Assembly (NCBI GenBank): GCA_951406725.2
Contig: OX597815.1
Coordinates: 76,508,001-76,572,000, forward strand
Origin: Octopus vulgaris
Taxonomy: Eukaryota
Direction: 5' to 3'
DNA: 64,000 bases
The position numbers and the translations under genes were made by a program. Below are positions 51,196-64,000 of the stretch, piece by piece (the first letter of the stretch is position 1; every line of letters starts with the position of its first letter). The notes under the pieces were generated by a model, which saw nothing but the letters and a program-made list of their open reading frames with translations, ran no database searches and was not told where the DNA came from.

Positions 51196-52816
51196 TGACT
51201 CTTTATTGCCCATCAGCGGGGCCAACATAGAGGGGAAAACACATCACATGTGGGGACACAGAACGATAAAACAAAAAACAATGTATGACAAAGATGAATG
51301 GTAACACGAAAATGAATAAATGGAATGGTGCACTCAGCCCCACTTTTGGGTTACCCTATTTCTACCCTTTATCATCTTTTGTACCCCGTTCATTCTAGAA
51401 TGTCAACCCCATATAGTTCTAACATCTCCTCGTACGCCGAAAATCTCGGTAGCTCCTTCCTATCCATCTCTATCTCCCACCACCTGTGTCCACTTTTATG
51501 TTTCAGAACTCTCTCCAACTGTTCCTCCGTAGGTAGCACACAACGGTGCAGCGTCTTAACATTATCAAACCCTTCACTTCCCACCGCCTTAAAGTCATCC
51601 CACTTCAGTATTTCTTTACACAGATCCTCGTTTGAATCGTCAGTCATGATTACTGGACATGTCTTTTTTGTCTGGAGGGAGGGAGTTTGAGATTTCTTGT
51701 ATGTTTCATTTTTTTTTGTTTTCGTGTCGGAGGGGAATGGGTAGACTCGGTGTCTATTCCCATTCAGTCTGACCTGCTTTCTTTCTCTTCCTCTGTTTTT
51801 TCTTTTCTACCACTTTCTACGGCTCGTCGTTGTTTATTTGTATTTCCTCCACCTTCTCTGGTGCCTTCCTGAATTCTTCCTGATTTTTCTCAGTCGGTGA
51901 AGGGCAGTCCACTCTAATGCGCCCCTTTTGGTCACATTTGAAACATCGAGGGATTCTGCCCTCCACCAACTGTTACTGTTTCCATCATTTTTTTCTAGGT
52001 TTTCTGTTGAACCTTGTATAATTATATCCAACGTGTGTCCTTTCCAATTGGTTGTTTCTGTTTTCATGATTTGGAGAACGGCTATTTCCCCTTCGCTGCT
52101 TAGAGGTATAGCCGCCGCTACCTAAGCCACATCTATTTCGAGTGGGATCCCCTCTACCCTAATCCTGGAAGCTCTCCTTCCAAGGTATGTGGGTAAGAAG
52201 ACCACACTTTTCATCCTTAACGGGGTTGCCAAGTGTTGCTTTACCTTTGCTGCCTCTTTAAAGTGAACCTTCACTGATCCATATCGACTTCCTCTGGCAA
52301 GATATAACATATCTTGCCATATTGACTTCAAGGCTTTTTCAATTTTCTCCGCTGATACAATTTCAATTCTCTTATCTTCTACAGAATATACTTTGTACAC
52401 AATAGTCCTTTCCTGCATATTTTTTATTACTTCATGGGGTGGCGACAACTTTACGTCTCCCACTTCTCTGTGTATCATCTTAAAACTTTTCAACATTGAC
52501 AGATCCACTCCTTATTCGCAAATTCCGCCACTTGCGCAAAACTTTTCTTCATTTGGCTATTCATTTTTTTACTGATCGTACTAGTTCCTCTTCAGACGAT
52601 GATAATTCAGACCCACTAAGGTCTGAATAAGATAAATTGTCCTTTCTATCCATAGCTAACTTTCCTCAAACGAGGAGAGAAAGCACAGACAAATTGCTGC
52701 AAAGCAACACAAAAATAATTAACGAAATGTTTAAAACACTGATACAAAAACAAAACGATGTTACTACTGAAAATACCGTCAAAAATGACTCACGTATACC
52801 TTGAATAACACCGGAA
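51196..52816 (-). mobile_element. Non-autonomous ORF1-only LINE derivative (Tx1/L1-like) inserted in a SINE head
   Basis: Broken ORF 52508-51390 with L1/Tx1 ORF1-like features (YLARGSRYGSVKVHF...RIRVEGIP); no RT seen; 3' end CCCCTCTATGTTGGCCCCGCTGATGGGCAATAAAG; both flanks carry the same 16-nt SINE-head segment. Confidence 0.6.
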
Positions 52817-53579
52817 GCGTGCTGGCGTTTCTGCCTGCTCGCCGCCTTCAAAGACCGGCAAATTGCCAGAATCGTTAAACCGTCGGTCAAAATATTTTGC
52901 AGTATTTGTTCTAGCTCTTTACTTTCTGAATTCAAATCTCACCGAGGCCAACTTTGCCTTTATTCTCTTTTTTGTTCCCACGTTAAAAATTATTATCATC
53001 CTGTGGCCTTTGTGTTTCGGAAATTTTCGGAAATTTTCTTCCATATGGTTAAGACAGCTATATTGTTTTAATAGCAATATATAGTATTACTTGTATAATA
53101 GTATGTAGTTACATATAGCATTGTTAACAATGCGTAACAAAATTATTATTATTTTGTTTTTGGTCAATAAGTTTTATTTCCTTTTAGCTTCTAACTTGAA
53201 ATCGAGGGAAATGACTACTGTTTTTCTAAAACTTTGCTTTTGTGATCTGGACATTTCAGACACATTCAGCACTGAGTTGCTGAAGCAGAAATATCGTTAT
53301 TGCAAATATTCTGCTCAATGCCATAGATTTGTTTGTGAATTGCTTGATCTTAACCATTTGAGCATGTCCCTTAGTGACTGACAATATGTGCATCTCTGAT
53401 CATGAGCAGGAGTAGTGGGAGAGAACCATAGCTATATGTGAAAGAGATTCTTTGGAGCTTGAATAAATGTAACAAAATCAAAGTTTGAAGGAAATATTAG
53501 CCATTTTTCACACTTTCTGAGGGCAAGCAAATAGGAAATAACAGTTGCTACCCAAGGGAAAAATACAATGTAATAATGA

Positions 53580-54550
53580 TTTCTATTACAAAAACGAATC
53601 TACAAATTATTAACCAAGGTGGGATATTCGACTAAATATCGATCCCCGTAGTTGGCTGGCACTTACTTTTACAACCCCGTGAGATGAAGGCGGAGTCAAA
53701 CTTGGCGTGATTTGAATTCAAAATAGTCAAAAGTGATTAATTATATTCCACAATGGTATTTCATCCGGCTCTGAACTTCTTTATGCTAATAATAAAGATT
53801 TCTGATCTCGGTACAAGGACGGCAATTTTGAGTATGCGTGTGCTAAGCTGGTTACATCAACCCCAGTACTCAACTGATACTTGTTTTAACGACTTCGAAA
53901 GGATAAAAGGCAAAGTCAACCTCGGCAAAAGTTGAGCTTAAAATGTAAAAAGCCAGAAAAAATACCGCAATACATTTAGCCTGACTCACTGACGATTGTA
54001 CCAGCCAGCTGCTCTTCTTGTACCAACTATTAATAATTATAATAGTTTTTGACTTAGGCACAAGACCAGAAATTTTGAGAGGACGTGGTTCATCCGACAC
54101 CATTAACTCCTGAATTTGACTAGAACTTTATTTTATCCTCCTCGAAAAGATGAAAGGTAAAGATGATCCCGGTGAGATTTCTAACTTTAGCACAAAGCCA
54201 CAACTACTGGTTTCAAACTTTGGTTTAAAGTCAGCAATTTCGGGGGCGAGAATAAGTCAATTAAATCAACCCTAGTATTCAACTGGTACTTAATTTATCG
54301 AACCCGAAAAGATGAAAGGCAAAGTCGACCTCGGCGGAATTTGAACTCACAACGTAAAGACAGACGAAAAGCTGCTAAGCATTTTGGCCCCCGGTATGCT
54401 AAAGATTTTGTCAGGTCGCCGCCTTATACCAGGTCAAGAATATTGGAAAAGGTGATTATCGATCTAATCAACCGATTACTTTACTGGTACTTATATTATC
54501 AGTGCAGAAAGTGCAGAAAGACAAAGTCGACTCCAGTGGGATTTGAACTT
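53580..54550 (-). mobile_element. Cluster of degenerate family A SINEs
   Basis: Repeated GATGAAAGGCAAAGTCGACCTCGGC-like motifs. Confidence 0.8.
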
Positions 54551-55344
54551 AGACTTAAAACATCTAAAATACATTTACTCTCAGAAATTATATTGCTTTT
54601 TTTTTCTTTTTCATTTGTAATGGAAATTAGCAAATCAAAATAAGTGTATTGGTGGAAAGGTTGAGCATTGAACTAAATCCTTTTCTGTTCTATTAGACAA
54701 TAAGATTTCTGCGTAGTTACTTGAAATAGCAGGCACATATTCTTTACATAACATGTGTAATGTAGTTCCTGTTATATAAAAAGAGGATTATCATGGGTTG
54801 AACACCTTTGATCAGGATGACCCAGAGTTCAACAATAACAAAAACAACTTATCTACAATCGGAGTCAAGGAAAGCTCTGCTATGTGGTCGTTAGACCTCC
54901 CTCATCTCCCACTCTACTGTCTTAAAGAAAGGAAGGATACGCTAGTTGTGTTCCAAGACACCATGTGAAAAGAAGGACAGGATGGCATATGCTAGAACGC
55001 TTTTGACCATTGGTTTCTTCGATCAGATATAATCTGGCATTAAAACAGCAACAACAGGGACTATCAATCTGCAATTAGGTGGACGAAAGAGAGCTAAAAT
55101 TTTGACATAAACGACTGGTGACTGTACGAAAACATTCGACCCTTCAGCTAATAGATATATCGTCTCAGCTAATGTGTTGACGTTATCTTTCACCCTTATA
55201 TGGATAATTATAAAATAACTACCAATTAAGTACTAATTTGATCTAATCGCGTATGCTAAAAATGTGTGGCTTTGTACCTATATTAAACGAATTATGTTTT
55301 TATCAGTATTGAGAAATAAAGAAAACATTATTATTAGTAATGAC

Positions 55345-56435
55345 AAAGCAGCGAACTTGTAGACTCGTTCGCTAGTTTGGACAAAATAGGTAACGTCATA
55401 CATATATTTTTCCCCCCCAATTTTTACGTTCTGAGTTCAAATTCCACCGATATTGACTTCGCCATTTATCTTTTCACGGTCGATGAAACAAGTATCAGTT
55501 GAGCACTAAGGTCGACGTTATCAACTTACCACACACACTCTCTCTCTTAGAATAGTCGGTGTTCTTGATTTACCCACTTTCATTGAAATTGGTTGGTCTT
55601 GGGCCAAACTTAGAAATATTATCACCACTGAGAGGCTGGTTCATTATTGCTGATGCAAAATTTAGTTGCCGCTCTTTACATTCCGAGTTCAAATCTAACT
55701 GAGGTTAGTTTTGCCTTTCATTCCTCTGGGATCAATACAATAAAGTACTGGGGTCGGTGGTATCGATTAATACCCGCCTCTCAAAATTGCTGGCCTAGTG
55801 CTTAAATAAGAAACCAGGGTGTTGTGAATTGGCAGTATTGTTAGAGCATCGGAAAAATTTGCTGGCAATGTTTAGTTGTGGCTTTTTTACGTTGTAAGTT
55901 AAAATTCTGGCGAGGTCAATTTTACCTTTCATTCTCTTGCTATCATTAAATAATCGATCTACTAAAGCTTTCCCTTCAAAATTGCTGGTCTTGTGCTTAA
56001 ATTATAAATAATAATAATAATTATGTTATCATTTCGAAGGTGGCGAGTAGGTAGGATCGTTAAGACGACGGACAAAATGCTTAGCGGTATTTCGTCTGCG
56101 GTTACGTTCTGAGATCAAGTTCCGCCGAGGTCAACTTTACCTTTCATCCTTTCGGGGTCGATAAATTTAGTACCAGTTACGCACTGGGGTGGATATAATC
56201 GACTTAATCCGTTTGTCTGTCCTTGTTTGTCCGCTCTGTGTTTAGCCCCTTGTGGGTAGTAAAGAAATAGGTATGTCGTTCGCCTTTACGTTCTCAGTTC
56301 GAGTGCCGCCGAGGACGACTTTGTCTTTCATCCGCTTAGAGGTCGATAAAATAATTACCAGCTGAACATTGAGGTCGATATGATCGACATACTGCCTCTC
56401 CCGAAATTGCTGACATTGTACCAAAATTTGAAACC
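55345..56435 (+). mobile_element. Cluster of family A SINEs including a dimer at 56037-56435
   Basis: Repeated TTCTGAGTTCAAATT...GAGGTCAACTTT.CCTTTCAT motifs. Confidence 0.8.
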
Positions 56436-56444
56436 ATTATTGTC

Positions 56445-56446
<2 letters not shown>

Positions 56447-56496
<50 letters not shown>

Positions 56497-57168
56497 TGAG
56501 ATTCTGTCTGTCTGTTTGTCCCACAAAGTGAAACTAAAATCAAACACCATCTCTATGCTTTTCTTTCTATATCTCTTCTATTCTGTCTCGCCCTCTATAT
56601 TCTCTGTCTGTCTAATTGTCTGTCTCTCTGCCATGCTACTTCAAAGAGATTCTGTCTCTTTGTTTGTCCCGCAAATTGAAACTAAAACTCTGCCATGCTA
56701 CTTCAAAGACATTCTGCCTCTTTGTTTGTCCCGCAAAGGGAAACTAAAACCAGACACCATCTCTATGATTTTCTGTCTTCTCTATCTGTCTATTTTCCCT
56801 CCCTTTCTTTCTCTTTCTTCCTCTTTCTTTCTCACTCTCTTCCTTTTTCCCTTTCTCTCTTTCTTATTACACATGGAGTAAATAATAAATGGAACAGACG
56901 CAAAATAGGCACAAAGGTTCAATGTCATTCTGGTATTAAGTTTGGAACAACAATTTGTAGATTATATACTGTACATCCTAATCAAAATGACTACTTTCAT
57001 CTCAGAATGCTTCTTCATATAAAAAGAGGACCAACTTCATAGGAAAGTTCGAAACAAGTCGATGGTAAGATTTGCAGAACATATCGAGAAGCGTGTTTCA
57101 AGTTAGGTTTGCTTGCAAATGATCAGCAATGGGAAGCTACATTAGAAGAAGCTTCAATATCAAAACAC
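56447..57168 (+). mobile_element. Internally deleted Helitron: 5' terminus plus Rep/Helicase fragment, cut by assembly gap
   Basis: TC(TA)nAAAGTGAGATTCTGTCTGTCTG 5' end; KWNRRK...RLYTVHPNQNDYFHLRMLLHIKRGPTS and VDGKICRTYREACFKLGLLANDQQWEATLEEA are characteristic Helitron RepHel motifs. Confidence 0.85.
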
Positions 57169-57268
57169 NNNNNNNNNNNNNNNNNNNNNNNNNNNNNNNN
57201 NNNNNNNNNNNNNNNNNNNNNNNNNNNNNNNNNNNNNNNNNNNNNNNNNNNNNNNNNNNNNNNNNNNN
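57169..57268. other. Assembly gap (100 N)
   Basis: Direct reading. Confidence 1.
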
Positions 57269-58902
57269 GATATCACTCGTGATGATACTTGTTTTATGTT
57301 GAATTAGGCCGAGCGACAACAACTACAGCGTGGAGGCGCAATGGCCCAGTGGTTAGGGCAGCAGACTCGTGGTCGTAAGAACGCGGTTTCAATTCCCAGA
57401 CCGGGCATTGTGAGTGTTTATTGAGCAAAAACACCTCAGCTCCACGAGGCTCCGGCGGGCAGGTGGGTGAACCCCGTTGTACTCTTTCCCCACAACTTTC
57501 TCTCACTCTTTCTTCCTACTTCTGTCACAAAGCAGAGAAACCATGGTGTAACCCACTTTGGTGTGGTAAACTTTCAGACCCTAGTTTAGATTACGAATCC
57601 TCTGTACTGGTTCAGCTCAGCCAATGTTTACGGAATGAGGAATACAACGTAGCTTTCGCGCCCGTGCAACCGCCAGTCAATCGCGTGTTGTGGGTGGATC
57701 TTCAAGTTGCCACACACATTCTTAGTAGCTTAGAGTAGGCTCGAATTAGAGATTATTTTTTGTGGCTAAAGGCGTGAATTCTGACTGGAAGAAGAAGAAG
57801 ACAACTACTACAGCCTCATGTTGCTTCCAAGTAATCCTATACATCCAACTTCAATTGAATAATGTTCAGTTTTCCAGTCAGTGTCTTTTCATTCTTCGAG
57901 GAGATATCCATGCCGGTCACTCTTTCGAGTTCGAGTGGTGTGCACGTTATTTTTATGGGGGAACCGTCGACCAAATTTGCTATTTTCTTTTCCTCACACC
58001 AGACGATGGTATCTGATTGCTTCGTAATTTCTACGGGGAAGAATCATTGGTACAGAATAGTTTTTACCATCATGAGTAAAATAAGGAAATAATATGGAAA
58101 ATGTATAATGATCATAATCTAAGTTTTATAAAATTTCTTGGTCGTTATACAAAATGAGAAAATAAATGCTAATATACATTACTTTAAGATAAAATTATGG
58201 AAGAATATACATTACCTTAAGACATGTATACTTTAAGGTATACATTACCTTAAAGTATACATGTTTTAAGGTAATGTATACATATAAAAGAAAAGAAAAA
58301 TATATTACTTTAAAATTAAATAACACAAATTTCTCGTTTGTGTAACTCCTCCTATAACTTCTCTGTCAAGCGGTAGTAAAGGGGACAAACACAAACGTAA
58401 AGACATAAACACAGGTATATACTACGAGCTTCTTTCAGTTTCCGTCTACCATATCCATTAAAAATGCTTTCGTCGCTCCGAGGCTATAGTGAAGACATTT
58501 GCTCAAGGTGCCATGCAGTGGGACTGAACTCAGAGCCCTGTGGTTGGGAAGTAAGCTTCGTATCATACTGCCATTCCTCTACATTATTCTCCATTTTCAT
58601 ACTGAAATTGGTATATCTAATCTCTGACTCAAAAATATTCCTGAATATATCTCACAGTGATTTCTAACACTGGCGTATCTTCTGAATCGTTTAACTCCAA
58701 GTAGAGCATAAGGTACCAACAAGAAATTGATTTTTTACATACATATATATATATATCTTAGATATTTATATTTCACCCCCCACCACACATATATATCTTA
58801 TAAATATATTTATATATTTCATATATATATATATATCTTATACATATATACATATATATATGTTATATATATATATCTTATGCATATATATATTTTATAC
58901 AT

Positions 58903-58935
<33 letters not shown>

Positions 58936-58976
58936 AATATATATGCTATATACATGTCTCATATATATATACATAT

Positions 58977-59013
<37 letters not shown>

Positions 59014-59139
59014 TAGATATATAAATCTTATATATGTATATATCTTATATACGTTTCATATATATATATATATACATTCCATATATATTATATATATTTT
59101 ATATAAATATATATTTCATATATGTATGTAAATGTATGT

Positions 59140-59175
<36 letters not shown>

Positions 59176-59791
59176 CTAGCAGCCAAGCCCGGTTTCACCC
59201 GGTTGGTTTGGATGATGTGGCTGTAAAGCCTGCTCTGTGTAAGCATTCGACTTGTTTGGGCACGTTTACGCCAAAAAAACAATTTTAGAATGGCTTTTTT
59301 TCTGTCAAAACGCTAAAAATAATTGACCACCCAAAATAAAACAAAACAAAAACGCAACCAAGATTCGACTAAATCAAAAATAGCGCAAATACTAAGCGAA
59401 CAAAGATGAACCATCCCACTTCCTTTGCACACACATTCACATACCCCCTTTTACATACATACATAAACACACACACACATACATTCACACACTCCCCTTT
59501 TACATACACACATATATTCACACAGAGTTGAATATATGTGTGTGTAACAACATCCCACTACCATGTATGACATGCCACCTTCCTTCCTTATTCATGTATC
59601 ACCCCTTCCTTTCTCATTCATAAACACAAGAGTATTAATATAGTAGATTATCTCGGTAACCATGGGAGCTATGAAAAATACAAAGCCCAGCATCACCACC
59701 GAATCATTCTACACATCTGTGTAATATTTCGCGCAATTCCACCTAGCCATTTGACCGTGAATCCCAAGTCAAGAAATAATTGCCCATGTCA

Positions 59792-59885
<94 letters not shown>

Positions 59886-60071
59886 CATATATACACACAC
59901 ACACATATATATATATACATATATATACACATACATATATATATATATATATCTTATTTACATATATCTTATATATATTTATGTGTGTGTAAAGGCAGTG
60001 CTCCAGTATGGCTGCAGTTAAATGACTGAAACAAAACAGTAAAAGAATATATATATATATAAATATGTATT

Positions 60072-60144
<73 letters not shown>

Positions 60145-63100
60145 TTATATACATATACACACATATGTATGTATGTTTGCATGTATGTGTGTGTGAGTGT
60201 GTGTTTGTGGCAGGGAATGATTAACGAAATGCAAATGTTGTGGAGTAGCTTTGCTTATGTAACTGGATTTGCAGGAACTATAAATATAGTAATGGTGTTA
60301 TTATAAATCACAAGTTAGCCTTATGTAACTGGATTTGTAGGAACTATAAATATACTTGCCGTGCTTGTATATCCGTAGTGCTTGTATATCTGTAACGCTT
60401 GTATGAATTACAACACTCAGGTCTGGAGAGCTTCTTTCACTGGGAGCAAAAATGTGGTTGGAAACGATATCTTCTTTAACTTACATTGCAATGTTGAAGT
60501 TCTATGGATTCATATCATTCTGTTTTGTATTATTTTCTGTATTATATTGGCTTATTCGTCAGTAGTGTAACAAATCTAACATAAAAGAGACCCAACTAGG
60601 GGACCTCTACGCTACCACCTAAATCCTACTCATACGATATTTAATTGTCTTAAAAAGGGAATAACATAGTCGCAGATGTACTGTTCAGATAAAGACAGGA
60701 TGATCATGGATTGACCATCAGGTCTGTTATGGGACTAAGCAACAGCGATGACATAAAGATGACCTTTCCTGGAAAAGTATTATTTATAAATGTATGGTGA
60801 CGATTATTCGCCAGCGAGAGATAAGTTCCCTATTAGAGAAAAGCATTGTTTGGTTCGAAGTCCAAATTAAAGAATATGCAACTAATATATAACGATATGC
60901 AGCTTAATAGTGCTACAGAAGTTGTTCATGAAGTTTAGACACACAGTATTTAGCGCTACGGGATCTTTTCGGTTTGAACGGCAGTTTTTTCATGCGGTGT
61001 CATATGAAATTGTCGCCCATAATTATGACCCTAGTATCGATCTATTGCATTTCAATCTGTTTTAGGCTTAGGGTTAGGGGTGGGGGGAAGGGTATCTTTT
61101 TTCTTCACAAATATAAATAAACCCGATCTGTTTCTTAAACGAGGGACATATTCATACGGCACAGAATGTTTTCACCTCAATAGACGTCATTGATTGGTTG
61201 AAATTGCAGAAATTGAAGAAAAGAAAAAAACAACAAATATCTTACAAGCTATAGAATTTTCTCAATAAAGCCAAGAGAAAAATATGTTTTCTAAACACAT
61301 TCTACCAGTATACGAAGTTTAAAAGTGTTTAGTTACGTGGAAATTATTTTAAGAAAACTGCCGTTCAAACCGAAAAGATCCGTGCTATGAAAGATGAAGT
61401 TTAGATGCTCAGTAAATAAATTTAGTGGTTAAAAATTTTTTTTTCCTATTACATAAAGAACGTGACAATGTATCAGCTAATGGCTGCATATGCTTCATTG
61501 AAAACCAATCTAACAACTGTATTTTAAATAATATAGTGCTTCTCTCCTTCGTAAATGAATTCATTTCAATAATATTACATCGCCAGGGAAATTTTCTTTA
61601 TTGATTTTTCTATTTTCCAATTTGTTATTCTAAAACCGATGAAACCCGAGATACATTAATAAAGTTTGATTGGTAGGTCGAGAAGAAAATCGAAAAAAAA
61701 AAATTACATTGAAAATTTAAAACGCTTTCTCTTTTAAAAAATGACATTTGAATAAGAGTTAATAAAAATTAACATTCAGTTTTAATTTCTTCGGTTTCAG
61801 TTCCAATATCACTCTCCTCCTCATCCACCACTCCAAGGTATACTACATTGAAACAGCAAAAACAATATACAACAGATGGATGTTTCATTAGATTGCAATA
61901 CTGAGTTCAAATTCTTCCACAGGTGACTGGAGGGGAGAAATTTACCAAAAGTAATAATAATATTATTCATTAACTATTGGGCAGCGAACTTGCAGAGTCG
62001 TTAGCATCCCGGACAGAATGCTCTACGGTATTTCGTCTGCTGCTACGTTCTGAGTTCATATTCCGCCGAGGCCGACTTTGCCTTTCATCCTATCGGAGTC
62101 GATTAAATAAGTATCAGTTACGCACTGGGGTCGATATAATCAACTTAATCCGTTTGTCTGTCCTTGTTTGTCCTCTATGTGGGTAGTAAAGAAATAGGCA
62201 TTTCGGCTATCTTTATGCTCTGAGTACAAATTCCGCCGAAGTTGACTTTACCTTTCATCCTTTGGAGGTCGATAAGATAAGAATCAGTTGAGCGGTATCG
62301 ATATAATCGACTTAGCCTTTTCTCCAAAATTTTTAGCTTTGTGCCAAAATTTGAAACTAATATTATCCAGTAACCATAGGGCGACGAGCTGCAGAAACGT
62401 TAGCACGTCGGGCGAAATGTTTAGTAGTATTTCGTCTGCCACTACGTTCTGAGTTCAAATTCCGCCGAGGTCGACTTTGCCTTTCATCCTTTCGGGATCG
62501 ATTAAATAAGTACCAGTTACGCACTGGGGTCGATATAATCGACTTAATCCGTTTGTCTGTCCTTGTTTGTCCTCTCTGTGTTTAGCCCCTTGTGGGGAGT
62601 AAAGAAATAGGTATTTCGTCTGTCTTTACGTTCTGAGTTCAAATTTCGCCAAGGTCGACTTTGCTTTTTATCCTTTCGGAGTCGATTAAATAAGTACCAG
62701 TTACGCACTGGGGTCGATATAATCAACTTAATACCTTTGTCTTTCCTTGTTTGTCCTCTCTATGTTTAGCCCCTTGTGGGCGATAAAGAAATAAGAATCG
62801 TTAGCGTACTGGGCATAATGCTTAGCGGCATTTCTTCATGCTTTGCGTACTGAATTCAAATTCCGCCGAGGTCGACTTTGCTTTTCATGCCTTTCGGGGT
62901 CGGTAAAATAAGTATCAGCTAAGCATTGTAATCGACAAGCCCCTCCCCACAAATTCCTGGCCTTATGCCTATAGTCTAAAGGATTATCCCTTAACCATAT
63001 GATGTTGAGCTGGCAGAGTCATAAACGCATCGCAGAAAATGCCTAGCGGAATTTCTTCTGGCTCTTTACGATCTGAGTTCAAATTCTGCCGTAGCCCAAT

Positions 63101-64000
63101 TTGTCTTTCATCTTTTCGAAGGTTGATAAAATGAAGTACCAGCTAAGCACTGGGGTCGGCGTAATCGAGTAACCCTAAAATTGCTGAGCTAGTACTAAAA
63201 TTTGAAGCCTTTATTGTTACCTTAACCGTAAGGTGACAAGCTGGCAGGGTCATTAAGAGACAAAATAATTAGAGGCATTTGATCCAGCTATTTACGTTCT
63301 GAGACCAACTATTGCCGAAGTCAACTTTGCTTCTCATCCTTTGAGGTCGACAAAATAAAGTGCCAGAGAAGCCCTGGGCTCGATGTAATCGACTAACCCA
63401 CTGCCTTCAAAACTGATGGATTTGAGCCAAAATTTGAAACAATTGTTATTCGTTAATTCAAAGGCCGGCAAATTCTTTTCTACTCTAGGCTTAAGGCCCG
63501 AAATTTTTGGGAAGGGGGCTGGTCGATTAGATCGACCCCAGTACGCAACTGGTACTTAATTTATCGACCCCGAAAGAAGGAAAGGCAAAGTCGACCTCGG
63601 CGGAATTTGAACTCAGAACGTAGCGGCAGACGAAATACCTAATTCTTTACTACCCACAAAGGGCTAAACAGAGAGGGGACAAGCAAGGACAGACAAACGG
63701 ATTAAGTCGATTATATCGACCCCAGTTCGTAATTGGTACTTATTTAATCGACCCCGAAAAGATGAAAGGCAAAGCCAACCTCGGCGGAATTTGAACTCAG
63801 AACGTAGCGGCAGACGAAATACCTATTTCTTTACTACCCACAAGGGGCTAAACACAGAGGGGACAAACAAGGACAGAAACATGGATTAAGTCGATTATAT
63901 CGACCTCAGTGTGTAACTGGTTCTTATTTAATCGACCCCGAAAGTCGACCTCGGCGGAATTTGAACTCAGAACGTAATGGCGGACGAAATACCGCTAAGC
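57269..64000 (+). repeat. Copy 2 of the duplication, starting exactly at the gap
   Basis: Begins GATATCACTCGTGATGATAC as at 44436 and runs to the window end. Confidence 0.97.

Overview
AT-rich, microsatellite-laden eukaryotic DNA with no intact protein-coding gene. The SINE repertoire and repeat style suggest a cephalopod (Octopus-like) genome; this is inference from recognition, not a search. Nearly all interpretable sequence is transposon debris: dozens of tRNA-derived SINEs, three mariner copies, a Chapaev3-like transposase relic, MITEs, Helitron pieces, and fragments of Tx1/L1, RTE, CRE, HERO and R4/Dong non-LTR elements. About 6.7 kb (44436-51169) is repeated almost identically right after a 100-N gap (57269-64000), most likely an uncollapsed haplotype. 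Two signals stand out. First, several unrelated short non-coding elements carry minimal type I hammerhead-ribozyme cores, mostly as fold-back pairs beside microsatellites; one has a tRNA-like head and a 14-bp target duplication, another occurs as circularly permuted copies. Second, a Tx1-like LINE 3' tail is shared by a tandem-arrayed SINE and an ORF1-only element, and both appear inserted at the same site in the SINE's own head. A sharp CpG-depletion boundary near 7.2 kb hints at the end of a methylated gene body. All coordinates were read by eye and may be off by a few bases.
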